The notes beneath the pieces were generated by a model. That model saw only the letters and a program-made list of their open reading frames with translations. It was not told the DNA's origin and did not search any database. A DNA stretch of 62,743 bases, the filler included, from Aduncisulcus paluster (lineage: Eukaryota): NCBI GenBank assembly GCA_024181965.1. It is 8 parts of 8 records of this genome, joined end to end, with 100 filler letters (N's around TTAATTAATTAA, not from the genome) between each part and the next. Parts side by side here need not be neighbours in the genome. Positions count along the whole stretch, not along the records: positions 42,347 to 54,358 come from BQXS01012345.1; positions 54,459 to 62,743 come from BQXS01012346.1; 6 more parts are not named here. One strand, 5' to 3'. Of this stretch, positions 50,501 to 60,769 are shown piece by piece. How positions within the stretch are numbered: position 1 is the stretch's first letter; every line of letters begins with the position of its first letter. Both the position numbers and the translations under genes were made by a program.

Positions 50501-51609
50501 AGAAAATGATCGAGTTGGAGTCGGTCATCGTCTTCTTCTTCAGGTTCTTCGTCTGGATCACGCATTCCATGCAAGTCAGGTCTAACAGCACCACGGAGCA
50601 TTGGAATTTGTTGAAGTGCTTGAGCACCTAGTCTCCTGTCTCGTTCCTCTTGGCGTTCATTCTCATCTTCAACTCTGAGTTCTTGTATGATATCTGCCAG
50701 TTCATGGGGACTATCATCACCTCGAAGAGCTTTGGCGATCTCATAGTCTGTCGGATATATAGGAAGGTTTAAAATGGAGTGGTTGATTTCACCTTCTTCT
50801 TCTTTTTCTTCTCTGCCAAAACCTCTCCGTTCACAGGCTTCATTAAACTCAGCATCAAGATTCTTCCATATCCGATCATATGTTGTAGCCCCGGTAATAT
50901 ATTTTGGATTATGTTCTCCATGAACAAGATGTCTTTCAATACCTTCGGGTTTGATGGCATCAATTTGGCGCCGATATAGGCGAACGGTAACAACCTCAGG
51001 TATGATGAGGAGAAGAGCAAGAAGAGCATTCATGAATCGAACAACTTCATCCAAGGCATCATACTGAGGCATTGGTCCAATCATTTTGAATAAAATTTCA
51101 GCTTTTAGAAACTTATAGAAAATATCACTCGAAACAAAATCTGTCAACTTCTTTCGTCCATTCCTATCCAAATCATCAACAATATCGCGGGAAAAGGGAC
51201 AAATATCAGAAAATATTCTCACTAAATTCGAGAATATCCTGTCTGTTCTGTTTTTTGGATGGGATAAAGAACCGGTTTCTATAACACCCAAAAGACCGTT
51301 ATGATCTTTCATTGATTCACAGAACTCCTTCGTAATTTGGGTAGATGATGATTTTGCTGCTGTTCGATGCCTCATTTGTCCGAGAAGACGCAGATTTCGT
51401 GATAGATCTTCAAGAATAACGGATGAATTACAGGGTTTCCTTGGAGGAGAAAATGGGGAGTCTTTTATACTCTTTGATTTTCCTTTTCCATGATCCTTTC
51501 CTTTTCCATAAGCTTTGCCTCTTCCGCGTCCTCTACCTCGTCCTCGAGCCTTCCCTCTTTTTCCCTTTCCAGAATGGATAGAATCCATTAGAAAAGCATA
51601 TTCTGACAT
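44542..51609 (-). CDS. ZNFX1: ZNFX1-like SF1 (UPF1-like) RNA helicase with NF-X1-type zinc fingers and C-terminal RZ-type finger
   Basis: GGPGTGKS, TNQALD, CEESGE, GDHNQLRP, QRRM, FQGEEAD, NRILVALSRAK; CGH..C..C repeats; GHWF..IGDCGG..CPECGGVLGGSNH. Confidence 0.9.
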   Translation of the reverse strand: MSEYAFLMDSIHSGKGKRGKARGRGRGRGRGKAYGKGKDHGKGKSKSIKDSPFSPPRKPCNSSVILEDLSRNLRLLGQMRHRTAAKSSSTQITKEFCESMKDHNGLLGVIETGSLSHPKNRTDRIFSNLVRIFSDICPFSRDIVDDLDRNGRKKLTDFVSSDIFYKFLKAEILFKMIGPMPQYDALDEVVRFMNALLALLLIIPEVVTVRLYRRQIDAIKPEGIERHLVHGEHNPKYITGATTYDRIWKNLDAEFNEACERRGFGREEKEEEGEINHSILNLPIYPTDYEIAKALRGDDSPHELADIIQELRVEDENERQEERDRRLGAQALQQIPMLRGAVRPDLHGMRDPDEEPEEEDDDRLQLDHFLPDDILQQERMAPKRKKSNWCIRSRSSFSLQEKAIFNRLRPLPIRTSVGNPGFTSEKQLLHTLFTLCRKDFLIPLEEGLRASLHNELDERDLMVFNHAMAKEGGEGGGSIRFKLPIWPKMLEKRIFFNRRTHQSLTSNAVLENLARTDFLAHQQLVFLTPTANKMSQLFAGIVYCPFRHQFKTKYNKYGEDLKTREELLLYREIDIIILNPDKFDFTNEYDIFQTNSLWVATKPVLEALQSLERDHISFSDIILRHGLNSGGLQAPQFLSAPRNLQIIQRFPGHEHICVAREKPVDSSVEPGADFGASKMINISHFYELSVIPSNHRFPLTIPVDTVHVEQKAHITRDDADVIGRDELMALDDAKWEQSVAEFKGITEEQSAVKFSFVHEDNMEGKTGMKQHRGDGANNNQREQHRHQEEEEEEDSDHVDHQGIMLAASAPAIFYDPSQGLDPPHSIRFNGRKYTLQPDATQIRAIVTAVTQPFSVIEGGPGTGKSFCGRHIIRTLYKNRLTNGPILLVCLTNQALDGVLEGVIEDIPNLIRFGGRPRTINEKILARNIHEKEIRQEIKNRSKVSREVNASLTAKFGKSERDLISMKNDAEANVENMTKSCFQSVEAIKILESPLFASDEILNRNYKRVDVSKALKDFFFRIIKTFPTPFVYSISFALIQVPFYFTVKISAPDAPSLRYSSQSINLSEIISCASDLKKLISDLKKRSGDQTTRGRYQDFYLRFAESSLRTLLLPNAALQIWLTIRNVKAYVLELCTIICGLVEDLLKFRYVRKNKFGFFNIDTKIFRRLLSKPFSNVSNILKIFGIIGKQSFIDDAMEQKSSESRPHIRIYHKEGDEEEEEEEEEEDEFGKFDEGEKEPEAYDSIVLDRDQIDSIVARSDESIDEENSFEQYIADAEYKENDMEEEDRYYELEMRELREENRARLLQKDLERYHSEFEDFVGLCASHGASLWEINLFSRLRFFYTRLQHINERVRKELPNALKECRKYHDDLKLYRSIRDAYGLKQTPLLAMTSNVAARELNLLRELRPTTLICEESGEMNMAQNVALLLPSLQHVVMLGDHNQLRPEVEHELSSNYFKKGKRFGTDELYNFDVSLFEYISQHCTHFGKTCLLKVQRRMAPPIAQMLRATNLAPYLIDSEFSKGIGLIPTFMGSRIIFCEHNEKQDSSRSSRSHSNMYECSLICSLVLMLLFQGVPPNEIAILAMYKGQCMRMREELRKSAESVKEKFHGKYGKDCKGVMTKILSPSVLKQIRVVTNDSFQGEEADVVFVSLTRTDRCGFVSRENRILVALSRAKKFMMIVGHRDIFGSKSKNAIWRNVYNHVLTNGGVRNAAVPLRVGCMKHDTDVVVQKGSDLLDRFDRILSPCEHKCDKRMHCGHTCVLPCHNFPHNLVTCLKECGHECEICKNICRAQCYKCFPADRTFRKCVPCKHPVGYTGSCGHSWILECDEVRDLFTEHGDKITLDYDIDTLNRKAIVDQVYNLDKNNHHTFSSTTVPCLHCHITEFDDKFYAQNPKVIAHQLCRRSYELHPSLLGRMERFPQPRCPCMCGLIKPCGHACAKSCGHEKPCTSYNCMTKLSVDCGVCHHPIDYYCHQKTPGPCQRICGKECSRCGLPCQRKCHSGPCKCTHPCNHELTCGHKCSIPCYKHSEAEAKSIPLKCKCKDRCEFRCEHSSCSKSCIEPCIPCRERCVNGCEHRRCLKQCHEKCSVSFCDEYCDKQLRCGCDCRGMCGEPCPPCPIHEPEAYKKAISVIELDPIIDILREYPSRRVYYFKECEKVEVIGREHGKERDGMYDDDYDSAEDSEEYGSIERIEKYGHIMLVDEADQFMMHKYVQAQAEDAEIRPMTCPCGCGTPLCLSWRYERYWRPMWNLWQKVKRKMFQNPLSKDRPLSKEEKELIDKGMKEQQHSYSLEGHWFKHKCGLLYYIGDCGGATVTSKCPECGGVLGGSNHRVTDESTFDTSIDGAKHPSWSNATPFM

Positions 51610-52819
51610 ATATTAGTATCTAATTGGATAAAAAGATATAAATTCAAGGCTGTTAAAAAACAAAAATGGCCAAATGCAAGGAAAATCGATGATGGTGATT
51701 TGCATACCAGGATGGCTCATAAAGCTGGAAAAGCATTTTTGAGGTCGGAAAACCACCATAATAAAATTAAACATACATCAATAAAAAAAAAAAAAATTAC
51801 GTTTGATTCCAGATTTATTTGTTTTCCCCGAAGGTACTCAATTGCTCACCATTGAATCTGAGAAGAAAATTGAAAAAAGAATTAATTTCTCTCATGGAAT
51901 TGGTAAATAAAAGAAAACTTCCAGCATCATATATTCCAGGACAACCTGGATATGATGATGGATAATATAAATAGCTAACTATCGATGAAAATAAAGCTTA
52001 ATGAGTTGAAATGTATAAATTAAAATTTCTATTGACATAGAAATCAATAAATCAACACAATTATTAATCCATTATAACTGGATGACCATTCCAATGTCAT
52101 TTTTAGCAGGACGACTATTTTTTTGTATGTATCAATGCATTAGCATTCGATATATTACAACATTGCTCAATTTAAATTGAATGTGGAATGAAAATGGGGG
52201 TTTAATTGGGGTTGATTCTCCAATAGCGCAGAAAATAATAAAAAAATAATCAGAAATTTTCGAAAGGCTTTCGGGGGATTCCATCAAAATCAGTGATTCC
52301 ATTCCAAAAGAATCCATGAAAATAAGATTTTATTTGTCATAGAAGTTGTCCCATGAAAAAGAATTGTATCATAGGTCGATAAACAGCAGAGTTTGCCGTC
52401 ATATAAATAAAAAGTTATAAACATCTCAGTTAGTGACTTAGATACAAATAATAATACGGTGGGAAAAATAATAAATAATTACGGTTCAAGAGCTTTTGTT
52501 GTTGAAATAATGATGTCGTATGATCCAGAATGGTGAGTCAAAAAAATGGAAATTTCTTTGAACATCTACTAGATGCTTAGTAAGCATGTTAAGATATTTA
52601 AAAATAAGAGACAAAGGAAACGTAACAAAGCCCATAGATAAGAAAAACACAAGCAACATGTCGACATAACATATTCCATCATAAAAATTGTTGATTCATA
52701 TATATAAAAAAAACTTGTAACGATAATGAAATTATAAGTATAAATAATAAATTAAATAAATTAAAATAATAATAAATTAAAGATATTATTATCAATATCT
52801 ATTTATGGATATTTTGTAC

Positions 52820-54358
52820 CTATGGACACACAGAGTCCATGACTTTAGCAATGAAAGGCCGATGTTCATGAAATCCAGAAGAACTGAAGGAAAGGGGACT
52901 ATCAAAGAACAATCCACAAATCAATTCGCCTCTAATCTGGTGTAAATCACAACTTTTCATCCTTGGGAACTCTGCAACAAGCATCTTAAGAGAACCCTTT
53001 GGATTTTGCTGAGAACATACATGTCTTAAAGCATGTTCTCCAACAACACTACCAGAAACTCCAACACTACCAGAAGCCCCAACATTATCTGAACCATGCC
53101 CTCTCTTCCTCCGTTTTGAAGGAACATGACGTAATAACGTGGTGTTTTCAAGAGTAAGATGTTCTATATTTGGAATTACAGCCGCTAAGAAATTTATATC
53201 AGTGAATGGGGCATTCTTAATGGATAGTTTCTTGATGTTGTAAAATACATCCTGAACCCTTCGAAATGAACTTTTCTTACTCTGTGAGGAAGAAGAAGAA
53301 GAAGGAGAAGAAGAAGAAGAAGAAGAAGAAGAAGGAGAAGAAGAAGAAGAAGAAGGAAGAGGAGGAGGAGAAGAGGAGGAAGAAGAATGGAAAGAAGGAG
53401 AATGATCTTGAGATTCAGGCGAAACTGATCCATCCGATCCAAGTTCTCTTCGATCTCCTTGAGAAAAAGCTGCAGAGAGATTCGTGGATGCTAATTTTAC
53501 ATAATGTTCCTTCCATCGAGACTCAACTGTCTGATCTTCATATGATCGTAAAGAGGAACAAGAGGAACAAGAGGGAGAAGCATCATCTGCGAAATTTGCC
53601 CATAGTTCTTCAACACACAGTGGGATGGACATGTTTGTCCCGATCGGAAAAGGAGGAGGAGGACAATCGTGGCATATAATCTTCTTGACTTCTCGAGGGA
53701 ATCTAAAGAACCCAGATGTTATTCTTGAAACAGGTTTCTTTTCAGTGCAGCATGAAGGAGAAGAACTCGAAGAGGCATCAGAAGGAGATTCCATCAATTT
53801 GTTGGTCCCATGGAGAGTGAATACTTGAGTAGAGATCATACAATCCAAGGCAGTGTTTACAAGATGGAGATCACAGCCAGAATTGATGAACAGTTCAACT
53901 TCCTTGAGTCCAGGAAAACACATGTCACATGGTTTCGTCACAGCAGTAGAAAAGGGAACAACCCAGGGATCTGTTTGGGATATCGAATCATCAATAATCA
54001 CCACTTTGGATAAAGTCGATGGGAATTCTATTTTTATGTCAGTGAGAAAGAAAGATAATGGTACCTTAAGCACTGGAGTTGGATAATGAGCAAAGAATGC
54101 AGCTCTTATATGAATTGGCATGGCTTCAATGTACTGCATTGAGAGAATCTGAGAGAAAGGCTCCATCATTGGGGGGCCATGGTCACACTTAACTCCACTA
54201 ACGGCACAAAACTCATTATCAACTTTGAATGAGGATAAAGAAGAAGAGGAAGAGGAAGAAGAAGAGGAAGAGGAAGAATGGAGAAGATGGTGAGTATAAT
54301 AATGAGCAAGAGATCGATGCAATGACTGTTTTTCTTTTGTGAGAGCCATGACTTGTGA
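52820..54358 (-). CDS. C-terminal (LRR-like) part of an ARID-family paralogue, 5'-truncated
   Basis: Colinear with the C-terminal half of 10659-13661 (YP..L..P.SFF.T..I.FPS.L, ICHDCPP, KKL..KNAP..D...PN.EHL, MKS..GLF...P.SF..S.F); open to the contig edge. Confidence 0.85.
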   Translation of the reverse strand, partial: SQVMALTKEKQSLHRSLAHYYTHHLLHSSSSSSSSSSSSSLSSFKVDNEFCAVSGVKCDHGPPMMEPFSQILSMQYIEAMPIHIRAAFFAHYPTPVLKVPLSFFLTDIKIEFPSTLSKVVIIDDSISQTDPWVVPFSTAVTKPCDMCFPGLKEVELFINSGCDLHLVNTALDCMISTQVFTLHGTNKLMESPSDASSSSSPSCCTEKKPVSRITSGFFRFPREVKKIICHDCPPPPFPIGTNMSIPLCVEELWANFADDASPSCSSCSSLRSYEDQTVESRWKEHYVKLASTNLSAAFSQGDRRELGSDGSVSPESQDHSPSFHSSSSSSPPPLPSSSSSSPSSSSSSSSSPSSSSSSQSKKSSFRRVQDVFYNIKKLSIKNAPFTDINFLAAVIPNIEHLTLENTTLLRHVPSKRRKRGHGSDNVGASGSVGVSGSVVGEHALRHVCSQQNPKGSLKMLVAEFPRMKSCDLHQIRGELICGLFFDSPLSFSSSGFHEHRPFIAKVMDSVCP

Positions 54359-54458
54359 NNNNNNNNNNNNNNNNNNNNNNNNNNNNNNNNNNNNNNNNNN
54401 NNTTAATTAATTAANNNNNNNNNNNNNNNNNNNNNNNNNNNNNNNNNNNNNNNNNNNN

Positions 54459-56408
54459 GGAGACAACGTTGAGGTTCTGTTTGGAGATGTGGTTGATCCA
54501 ACAGGTACTGTTTCCCAGGATACAACATCTGCATGTGGATCTGATTCTTCATCTTCCTCTTCTTCATCATCGTGCTCATATCTGGAAGATCATCGTGTGT
54601 GTGGAGTCGATTACTCTGTGGATGATGTTGATGACACTGAGTTGGCATGCATCTGTGGGTCAGGATACTATGAAGACATATCCTCTGGTGAATGTGTGTT
54701 AGCTTCTTCTTCTTCTTCTTCTTCTGAATGTTCCAATTGTGGTGGTGAGCGTGGTACATGTGTGTATGACTCCGAGTATGACTCTGACTCTAGTGATGAA
54801 TCCTCCCCACTATTCTGTGAGTGTTCAGATGGATGGTATGGGACTGATTGTTCATCCATTTGTCCTGTTTCTGATGATCTTGGTTTGTGCAGTGGATCTT
54901 CTCGTGGAACATGTGATGCTCCCACCCATACATGTGTGTGTGAGTCTGGGTATTATGGATCTTCATGCAACCTCTATTGTGATAGTTTGTCAAGATGTGG
55001 TCTGCACGGTCGATGCTTTGTCGATGATCTCTCTTCTGAGACATTGTATTGTAAATGTGATGCTGGATGGTATGGGTCAACATGTTTCACTCAATATCCT
55101 GTTGAGACTGTTGAGTATGTGAATGATGATGATGAAACAAACCCGACTATCGTTGATTATGTGTGTGGAGTTAATTACTCTACAGATCCATCTTCATCAT
55201 ATTCAGACTATGGAATCTATTCATCAGACACTGATACATATTCGTGTGACTGTTCCTCCTATGGTCTCATCACTGATGCATCCACATCCACATGCATTGA
55301 TCCTGCGACTCACCCTTATTACAAGGACATTGCTGGAAATGACACTGCTTGCTTGACCTGTGGAACATCCACGGATAGTCATGGCACATGTGTTCTTGGT
55401 GAAGGAGAAGATAGTCTCACAGTCATGTGTCAGTGTGAGTATGGATGGGGTAATGATGTGGATGATTCTTCAGAACCTTCATCGTCATGCTCTGTTGATA
55501 TGTGTGGAGTGAGTGAGGATACTTACACTGAAAGCAATGCAAATATTTGTTCATCCCATGGAATTTGTTATTCATATTCTTTTTTCGATTCCAATATTTC
55601 GAATTTCCAGTATGCATGTGAATGTGATGATGGTTGGAATGGTGTTATGTGTGAAGAAGAAGCAAGCAATGTTCTGAAAATTGTTCTTCTTGTATTCATA
55701 ATCCTTATCTGTGTGTTTATTATTATCGGAATCGTTTGTTTTGTATTTTGGTACCACTTAAAGAAGAATATTTCTCCAGAAAATGTTGATATTGTTGAAA
55801 ATCAACAAATATCAAAACAGTTTGATTCGTCTGAACAAGTTCTAGAAAAACAAAACGAACAAAAAATGGATACAAAGAGAGAGATTATCCAAAATGGCGA
55901 TGATGAACATTCACCAACTGTTGAACATTCACCATCATTACATCTGCCTTCTGAATGCATGTCTTCTTCGCTCTCCGATGAGAATGTCGCATATGATGTG
56001 AGACCTCCAACAGTTGTTCAGATTAGAGATGATCCTTCATTGTCAACACTTCAAGATGCATCTTTGCAAGTTCAAGACCATGACTCCTCTTCTGGTTGTA
56101 TTGATCCTGCATCAACTGTTCCTGTTATGAGAAGAGTGAAAAAATCAAAACAACAACAAAAAGGAACAGGAGAAAAAGATGGAGAGAAGAAGAAGAAGAG
56201 AAGGAAAAAGGGAGAGTTGAAGAAAAAACATGTAAAAGGCGAGGAAGGAGAAGAGAAATCGTTACAAGGAATTTCTGAATTAGGTAGCTCTGATCCAATG
56301 TCAGGATCCACAAGCGAATCAAAAGTGAAAATTAAGAAGAAAAAGAAGAAGAAGGTTAAAAAGAAACCCAAACCTAAGCATATCCTTAAACCCATTGAAG
56401 AATCTTAA
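54459..56408 (+). CDS. EGF-like/tenascin-like Cys-rich single-pass membrane protein, 5'-truncated
   Basis: Repeated C.C..GWYG..C units; TM helix IVLLVFIILICVFIIIGIVCFVFWY; Lys-rich cytoplasmic tail. Confidence 0.88.
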   Translation, partial: GDNVEVLFGDVVDPTGTVSQDTTSACGSDSSSSSSSSSCSYLEDHRVCGVDYSVDDVDDTELACICGSGYYEDISSGECVLASSSSSSSECSNCGGERGTCVYDSEYDSDSSDESSPLFCECSDGWYGTDCSSICPVSDDLGLCSGSSRGTCDAPTHTCVCESGYYGSSCNLYCDSLSRCGLHGRCFVDDLSSETLYCKCDAGWYGSTCFTQYPVETVEYVNDDDETNPTIVDYVCGVNYSTDPSSSYSDYGIYSSDTDTYSCDCSSYGLITDASTSTCIDPATHPYYKDIAGNDTACLTCGTSTDSHGTCVLGEGEDSLTVMCQCEYGWGNDVDDSSEPSSSCSVDMCGVSEDTYTESNANICSSHGICYSYSFFDSNISNFQYACECDDGWNGVMCEEEASNVLKIVLLVFIILICVFIIIGIVCFVFWYHLKKNISPENVDIVENQQISKQFDSSEQVLEKQNEQKMDTKREIIQNGDDEHSPTVEHSPSLHLPSECMSSSLSDENVAYDVRPPTVVQIRDDPSLSTLQDASLQVQDHDSSSGCIDPASTVPVMRRVKKSKQQQKGTGEKDGEKKKKRRKKGELKKKHVKGEEGEEKSLQGISELGSSDPMSGSTSESKVKIKKKKKKKVKKKPKPKHILKPIEES

Positions 56409-57018
56409 CCAATGCGTTGATTAAATTTAATCTGGCTCAAATTTTTCAATAATTCTCTAATTTCTTATTAAAATTATTATGTTATATAGAAAATGATTCA
56501 TCGATGAGAAATTTTTCAAAGTCTATATTTTCAAGTCACAAATTAACACGGAATGAGGTCTGGATAAATAAGTTGAATTTTATTCTTAGAGCGTAAAGGA
56601 AATGGATCAATTTGAAGCGTCATCTATCGATTACATTCTAGAAATCTAGATTCTAGATCTTCAAAAAAAAAAAAATTGGGTTCTTCAAAAATATTCAACA
56701 GAGTAAAAATTTAATAAACCTAAAAATTTTTTTTCAGAAGCTGCTCACTGAGCAGCTGCTCAGGATATCAAGTTAAGGATTATATTGACCACAATAGTGG
56801 TGGCTAGCAAATTTATTATGGAGGTAGTGACCGGTACAGCCGGGAATGCCGGTTGCCATCACATCAATTAACTTTTATCATGTAATTTTAAATTTATTAA
56901 AAACTTGGATCTGAAAATACAACAAATTGTCCCTTTAATTAATCCAGTGAGGTAACGAAATACATAAAGACTCTTGTTTATAACTTCCTTGATGATTTTT
57001 TTTTTTCATTTTCATTTT

Positions 57019-57814
57019 TCACCCCATTTTTGATTTTTGAGGCGAAGAAGGAAGACTCCATTTCGACCGAGAAGTGTGGGAACTCACACAGCCATACAAA
57101 GGACTGGATGGAATTACAGTGTTCTTGACAGGTTGCATATCTGGAAGGGAGCATCCATCGTCAGAAGAAGTGAGGGAGTAATTCCTCGATGTTGTAACAC
57201 AACTTGTTCCCAAAATGCGAGATGGGGATTCTTGAGAAACAATGGACGTTGAAGGAGGAGTGGTTGATGAACCGATGGCTGAGATTGGACGTTTAAAACC
57301 ACCAAACTCCTTATCTTCCTCTCCCAATTTATCCTGATGTTCAAGTTCATCACCATTCAAGATACCACTCTCCATAACACTACTTGCGTCATCAGACCCT
57401 GTCCTCAGAGTTGCTGACCTACCTCGTCTCCAAGAATGACGCGGAGGGGGAGTCATTGGTGGCATAGGAGAGTCAGGGACAAGCATTTGGGAAAGAGACA
57501 AAGAAGGCGCACCAGAAGGAGAAGATGTTTTGGAAGTAATAGTATTCTGAGACTCAATAAGAGGCTTTGAATGAGGGTGTTTCAAGGTAACTGCTTGGTG
57601 GGAAGGGGCTGAATGTGATGATTTGGAAGCAGGCAGTGCGGTTGTAATAGTTCTTCCAGAATGGAACGTTGGAGATACAGGTTTTTCAGGATTAGGTTGT
57701 TGGGAAGGAGGTTTTGAAACCAATGGAGCAGATGATTGATGTTGTTCTTCCTCTTCCTCTTCTTCTTCCTCCACTTGTGGTTCTTCTTCCTCCTTTGTTC
57801 CTTCCTCTTCTTCC

Positions 57815-57852
<38 letters not shown>

Positions 57853-60769
57853 ATGTTGTTGTTGTTCATTATTGATCATCTTGTGTGGCTTTGACATGTC
57901 CACAATATCATCAGTAACTATCGTGGTACTCACTGGTGCAGTAGTAACCCTTAAAGGGCGGATACGAATATCTTTCATGCCTCTCTCAACACTTTCAAAC
58001 ATAATTTCATCATTTCCATGCTCATCTAAATCACCACCATCTAAATTACCATCAAACTCATCGAGAGCACTACTCCAGGCATCAGTAACGGCAGAAGTAG
58101 AAGAGGAGCTCGCAGAGGAGGTTGATGTCTGAGACGTTGGTTGAGATGTGATTCTATCCTTGGATCTAATGCCTTGTGGTGGAAGATCACGATGTTGCGA
58201 CATATTGAGATGACGTGGTTTTATAGCGATAGAAGAGGCGGCAGATGCACCAGATATGCCTTGAGATACACCAGGACTATCCATCATGAAGTTAGAAGGT
58301 CTGAAAGGAATAGGCACGGCTGAAGAAGGTATTATCCGACCCATCCGTTGTTGTTGGTGATCAGCACCGTGGCTGTCTTGTATTTTAGATCTGCGTTGTG
58401 CATTGATTTCTTTCACTTTCTCCTCTGCACGGCGTTCATAGACATATGCACTCACTCTGAGAGCCTCTTCAGCACTCTTCCTTGCTCTCTCTTCTTCTCT
58501 TCCATCTTCGGTACTCCTTAACCTCTTCTCAACAAGAGTACTATGCATCAAGAGAGAAGAAAACGGGGAAGGAGGGAATGGATCCTTAAATGCCTTGTTC
58601 ACACTTATATTATCTTTCCTGCTTTTCTTCGCTTGCGACTGTATTTGCTGTTTTTGTTGTAGAGTTCTTTGATACGAGATATGTCCAGGGCTTCCAGGAA
58701 GAATGGATGGAGGGGGAGACAAGGGTGGAGATACGTAAATATTGGTACAAGAAGAAGTTTTACAGACATTATCAGATTTGGGAGCTTCCTTCTTCTTCTT
58801 CTTCTTCTTCTTCTTCTTCTTCTTTTTCTTCCTCCTCTTCTTCCTCTTCCCCTTCCTCTTCTCCTTCTTGGATTTCATCAATTTCTTTCGAATGAGTCGA
58901 AGAAGATTGCTGCTCGAGCTGTTTTGATTTTTCTTCCATCCTCTTCACGTCACTTTCCATCAATTTAATGATATCATAGACTCGAGAAATTGACGACAAC
59001 CTCGGTTCTTGACGATTAGCTAATCTCTTGTGTTCAGACGAAAGACCATCAGAAACGTCAGTATTATCTCCTCTTCCTCTTCCTCCTCTTCCTCCTCCTT
59101 CTCTTTCAAGGTCTATTTCTCTACGCATGGCAAGTGCACGTGTGGCATGGTGTTCTAGACTTTCTATTAGAGAATCAGGAGGAGGACAATGCACAACAGC
59201 AATGCCTGAAGGAATATAATGACCACGAATAGCTGACGGGAGGGAAGGTGGAGCACCAGACGAAGGGCCAATCGCTTTTGGAATAGAAGGCGGTTGGGGA
59301 ATTCTCCTATTCTTCCTCTTCCTATTCTTCCTCTTCTTGCCCGCTTCCTCTTCTTCTTCTTCTTCTTCTTCTTGGTTTTCTTCTTCTTTTTCTTGGTCTA
59401 ATTTCTTTCTAACCTCTTCTTCTCTCTCTTTCACGATACGGGCAATCTCAACAGAATCAATATCCATATTTTTCTCCTCCTCTTCCTCTTCCTCCTCTTC
59501 CTCTTCCTCCTCTTCCTCTTCCTCCTCTTCTTCTTCTTCTTCCTCTTCCTCTTCCTCCTCTTCCTTCTTTTCTTCTTTTTCTTCCTTCACTTCCTTCTTT
59601 TCTCCTTCCTCTTCTTCCTTTTCCTCTTCATTCTTCACGTTCTCTTCCTCTTCTTCCTTTTCCTCTTCATTCTTCACGTTCTCTTCCTTTTCTTCCTTTT
59701 CCTTTTCTTTCTCCGAGTTCTCTTCAGATCTGATTGGAGAGATAGATCCACGTGAAACTGAGGAGGAGGATCCTTGAGAAATTGGAAGAGAGGCTTCACG
59801 TTGTTCAGCAACATGTTGTTCAGCAACATGTTGTTCAGCAACATGTTCATGAGATACGTGAGGGTGGCTTTCATGGCTTTCATGGCTTTCACGTCGTTCA
59901 TGAGATACGTGAGATTCATGAGTTTCGTGACTTTCATTGAATTCAGGGCGATCGTGGATAGGAATAGGAGGACTTGTGGGGACAGCAACCCCATAGAGTC
60001 CACTGTTGTATGTTGATGCGTGATAATGAGCTCTTGGGGAGTGCTCAGACGTGTGATGGTGTACAATTGCCTTTGGAGGAGGGGAATGCCGAGGAGATAA
60101 GGAAGAACGATCAAGAGGGAGAGTTATCTTAGTTGATAGATGTTCATCAATAGTAAGTCCAGGCTTTCGAGGTTGAGCTGAAGGATGTGAATAGTGAGAA
60201 TGCGGGATTGAAGAATAATAATGGGGTTGATGAGATTGTTGAGCCGGTAGATTATAGGGTTGGCGAGAAGAAGAAGGAGGTTCTCTATAATGTTGAAATG
60301 ACGGAACTTCTGATGAGTGAATCTTGGAATATTTATCTAAAGGAGCAACAGATTGAAGCGGGCGATATCTTTTCGCACTTTTTGGGCGTCGGCGACGCAA
60401 TAAATCACGTTCCCGATCCACCTGTTCTTGATATGATAATTGACCAACATCATATTCAGAAAAAGAAAAATGAGATGAAGATTCATCTTTTTCAAATTCT
60501 TCCTCTGTTTCATTTTCAATAGAATGAGAATATTTCATATAATCTTCAGGATTAGGGCGAATTGGCTGAGATTTTCGCTTTACCTCGGATTTTCCTAATT
60601 GACCAGCTGCAGCCGCCTTAGCTCGTTTTGAAGAATCGATTTTATATGGTTTTACAGGTTGTTTACGAATTGATGGTGGGGATATAGATCCTTGAGGGTA
60701 AAGAGATTGAAAAATGGACATATATCCCGTTTGAATACCCTTTAAGCACTCATTAAGTGATCTATCCAT
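57019..60769 (-). CDS. Large low-complexity E/S/H-rich protein, probably one gene with an indel in a GAA tract near 58789
   Basis: ORF 58772-60769 ends just after a (GAA)n run; ORF 57019-58881 continues in another frame (…GAA GAA G GAA GCT CCC AAA TCT…). Confidence 0.7.

Noticed and set aside
27920..51609. A physical immune gene cluster (kinase fusion, two ZNFX1, ARID, repeat-domain genes)
   Set aside because: Most lie on different contigs joined by linkers; only the kinase fusion and the truncated ZNFX1 share a contig.
59337..59777. Antisense and alternate-frame ORFs with poly-S, poly-K/R or poly-L (also near 236, 53266, 58590)
   Set aside because: Shadows of GAA/TCT repeats inside real genes.
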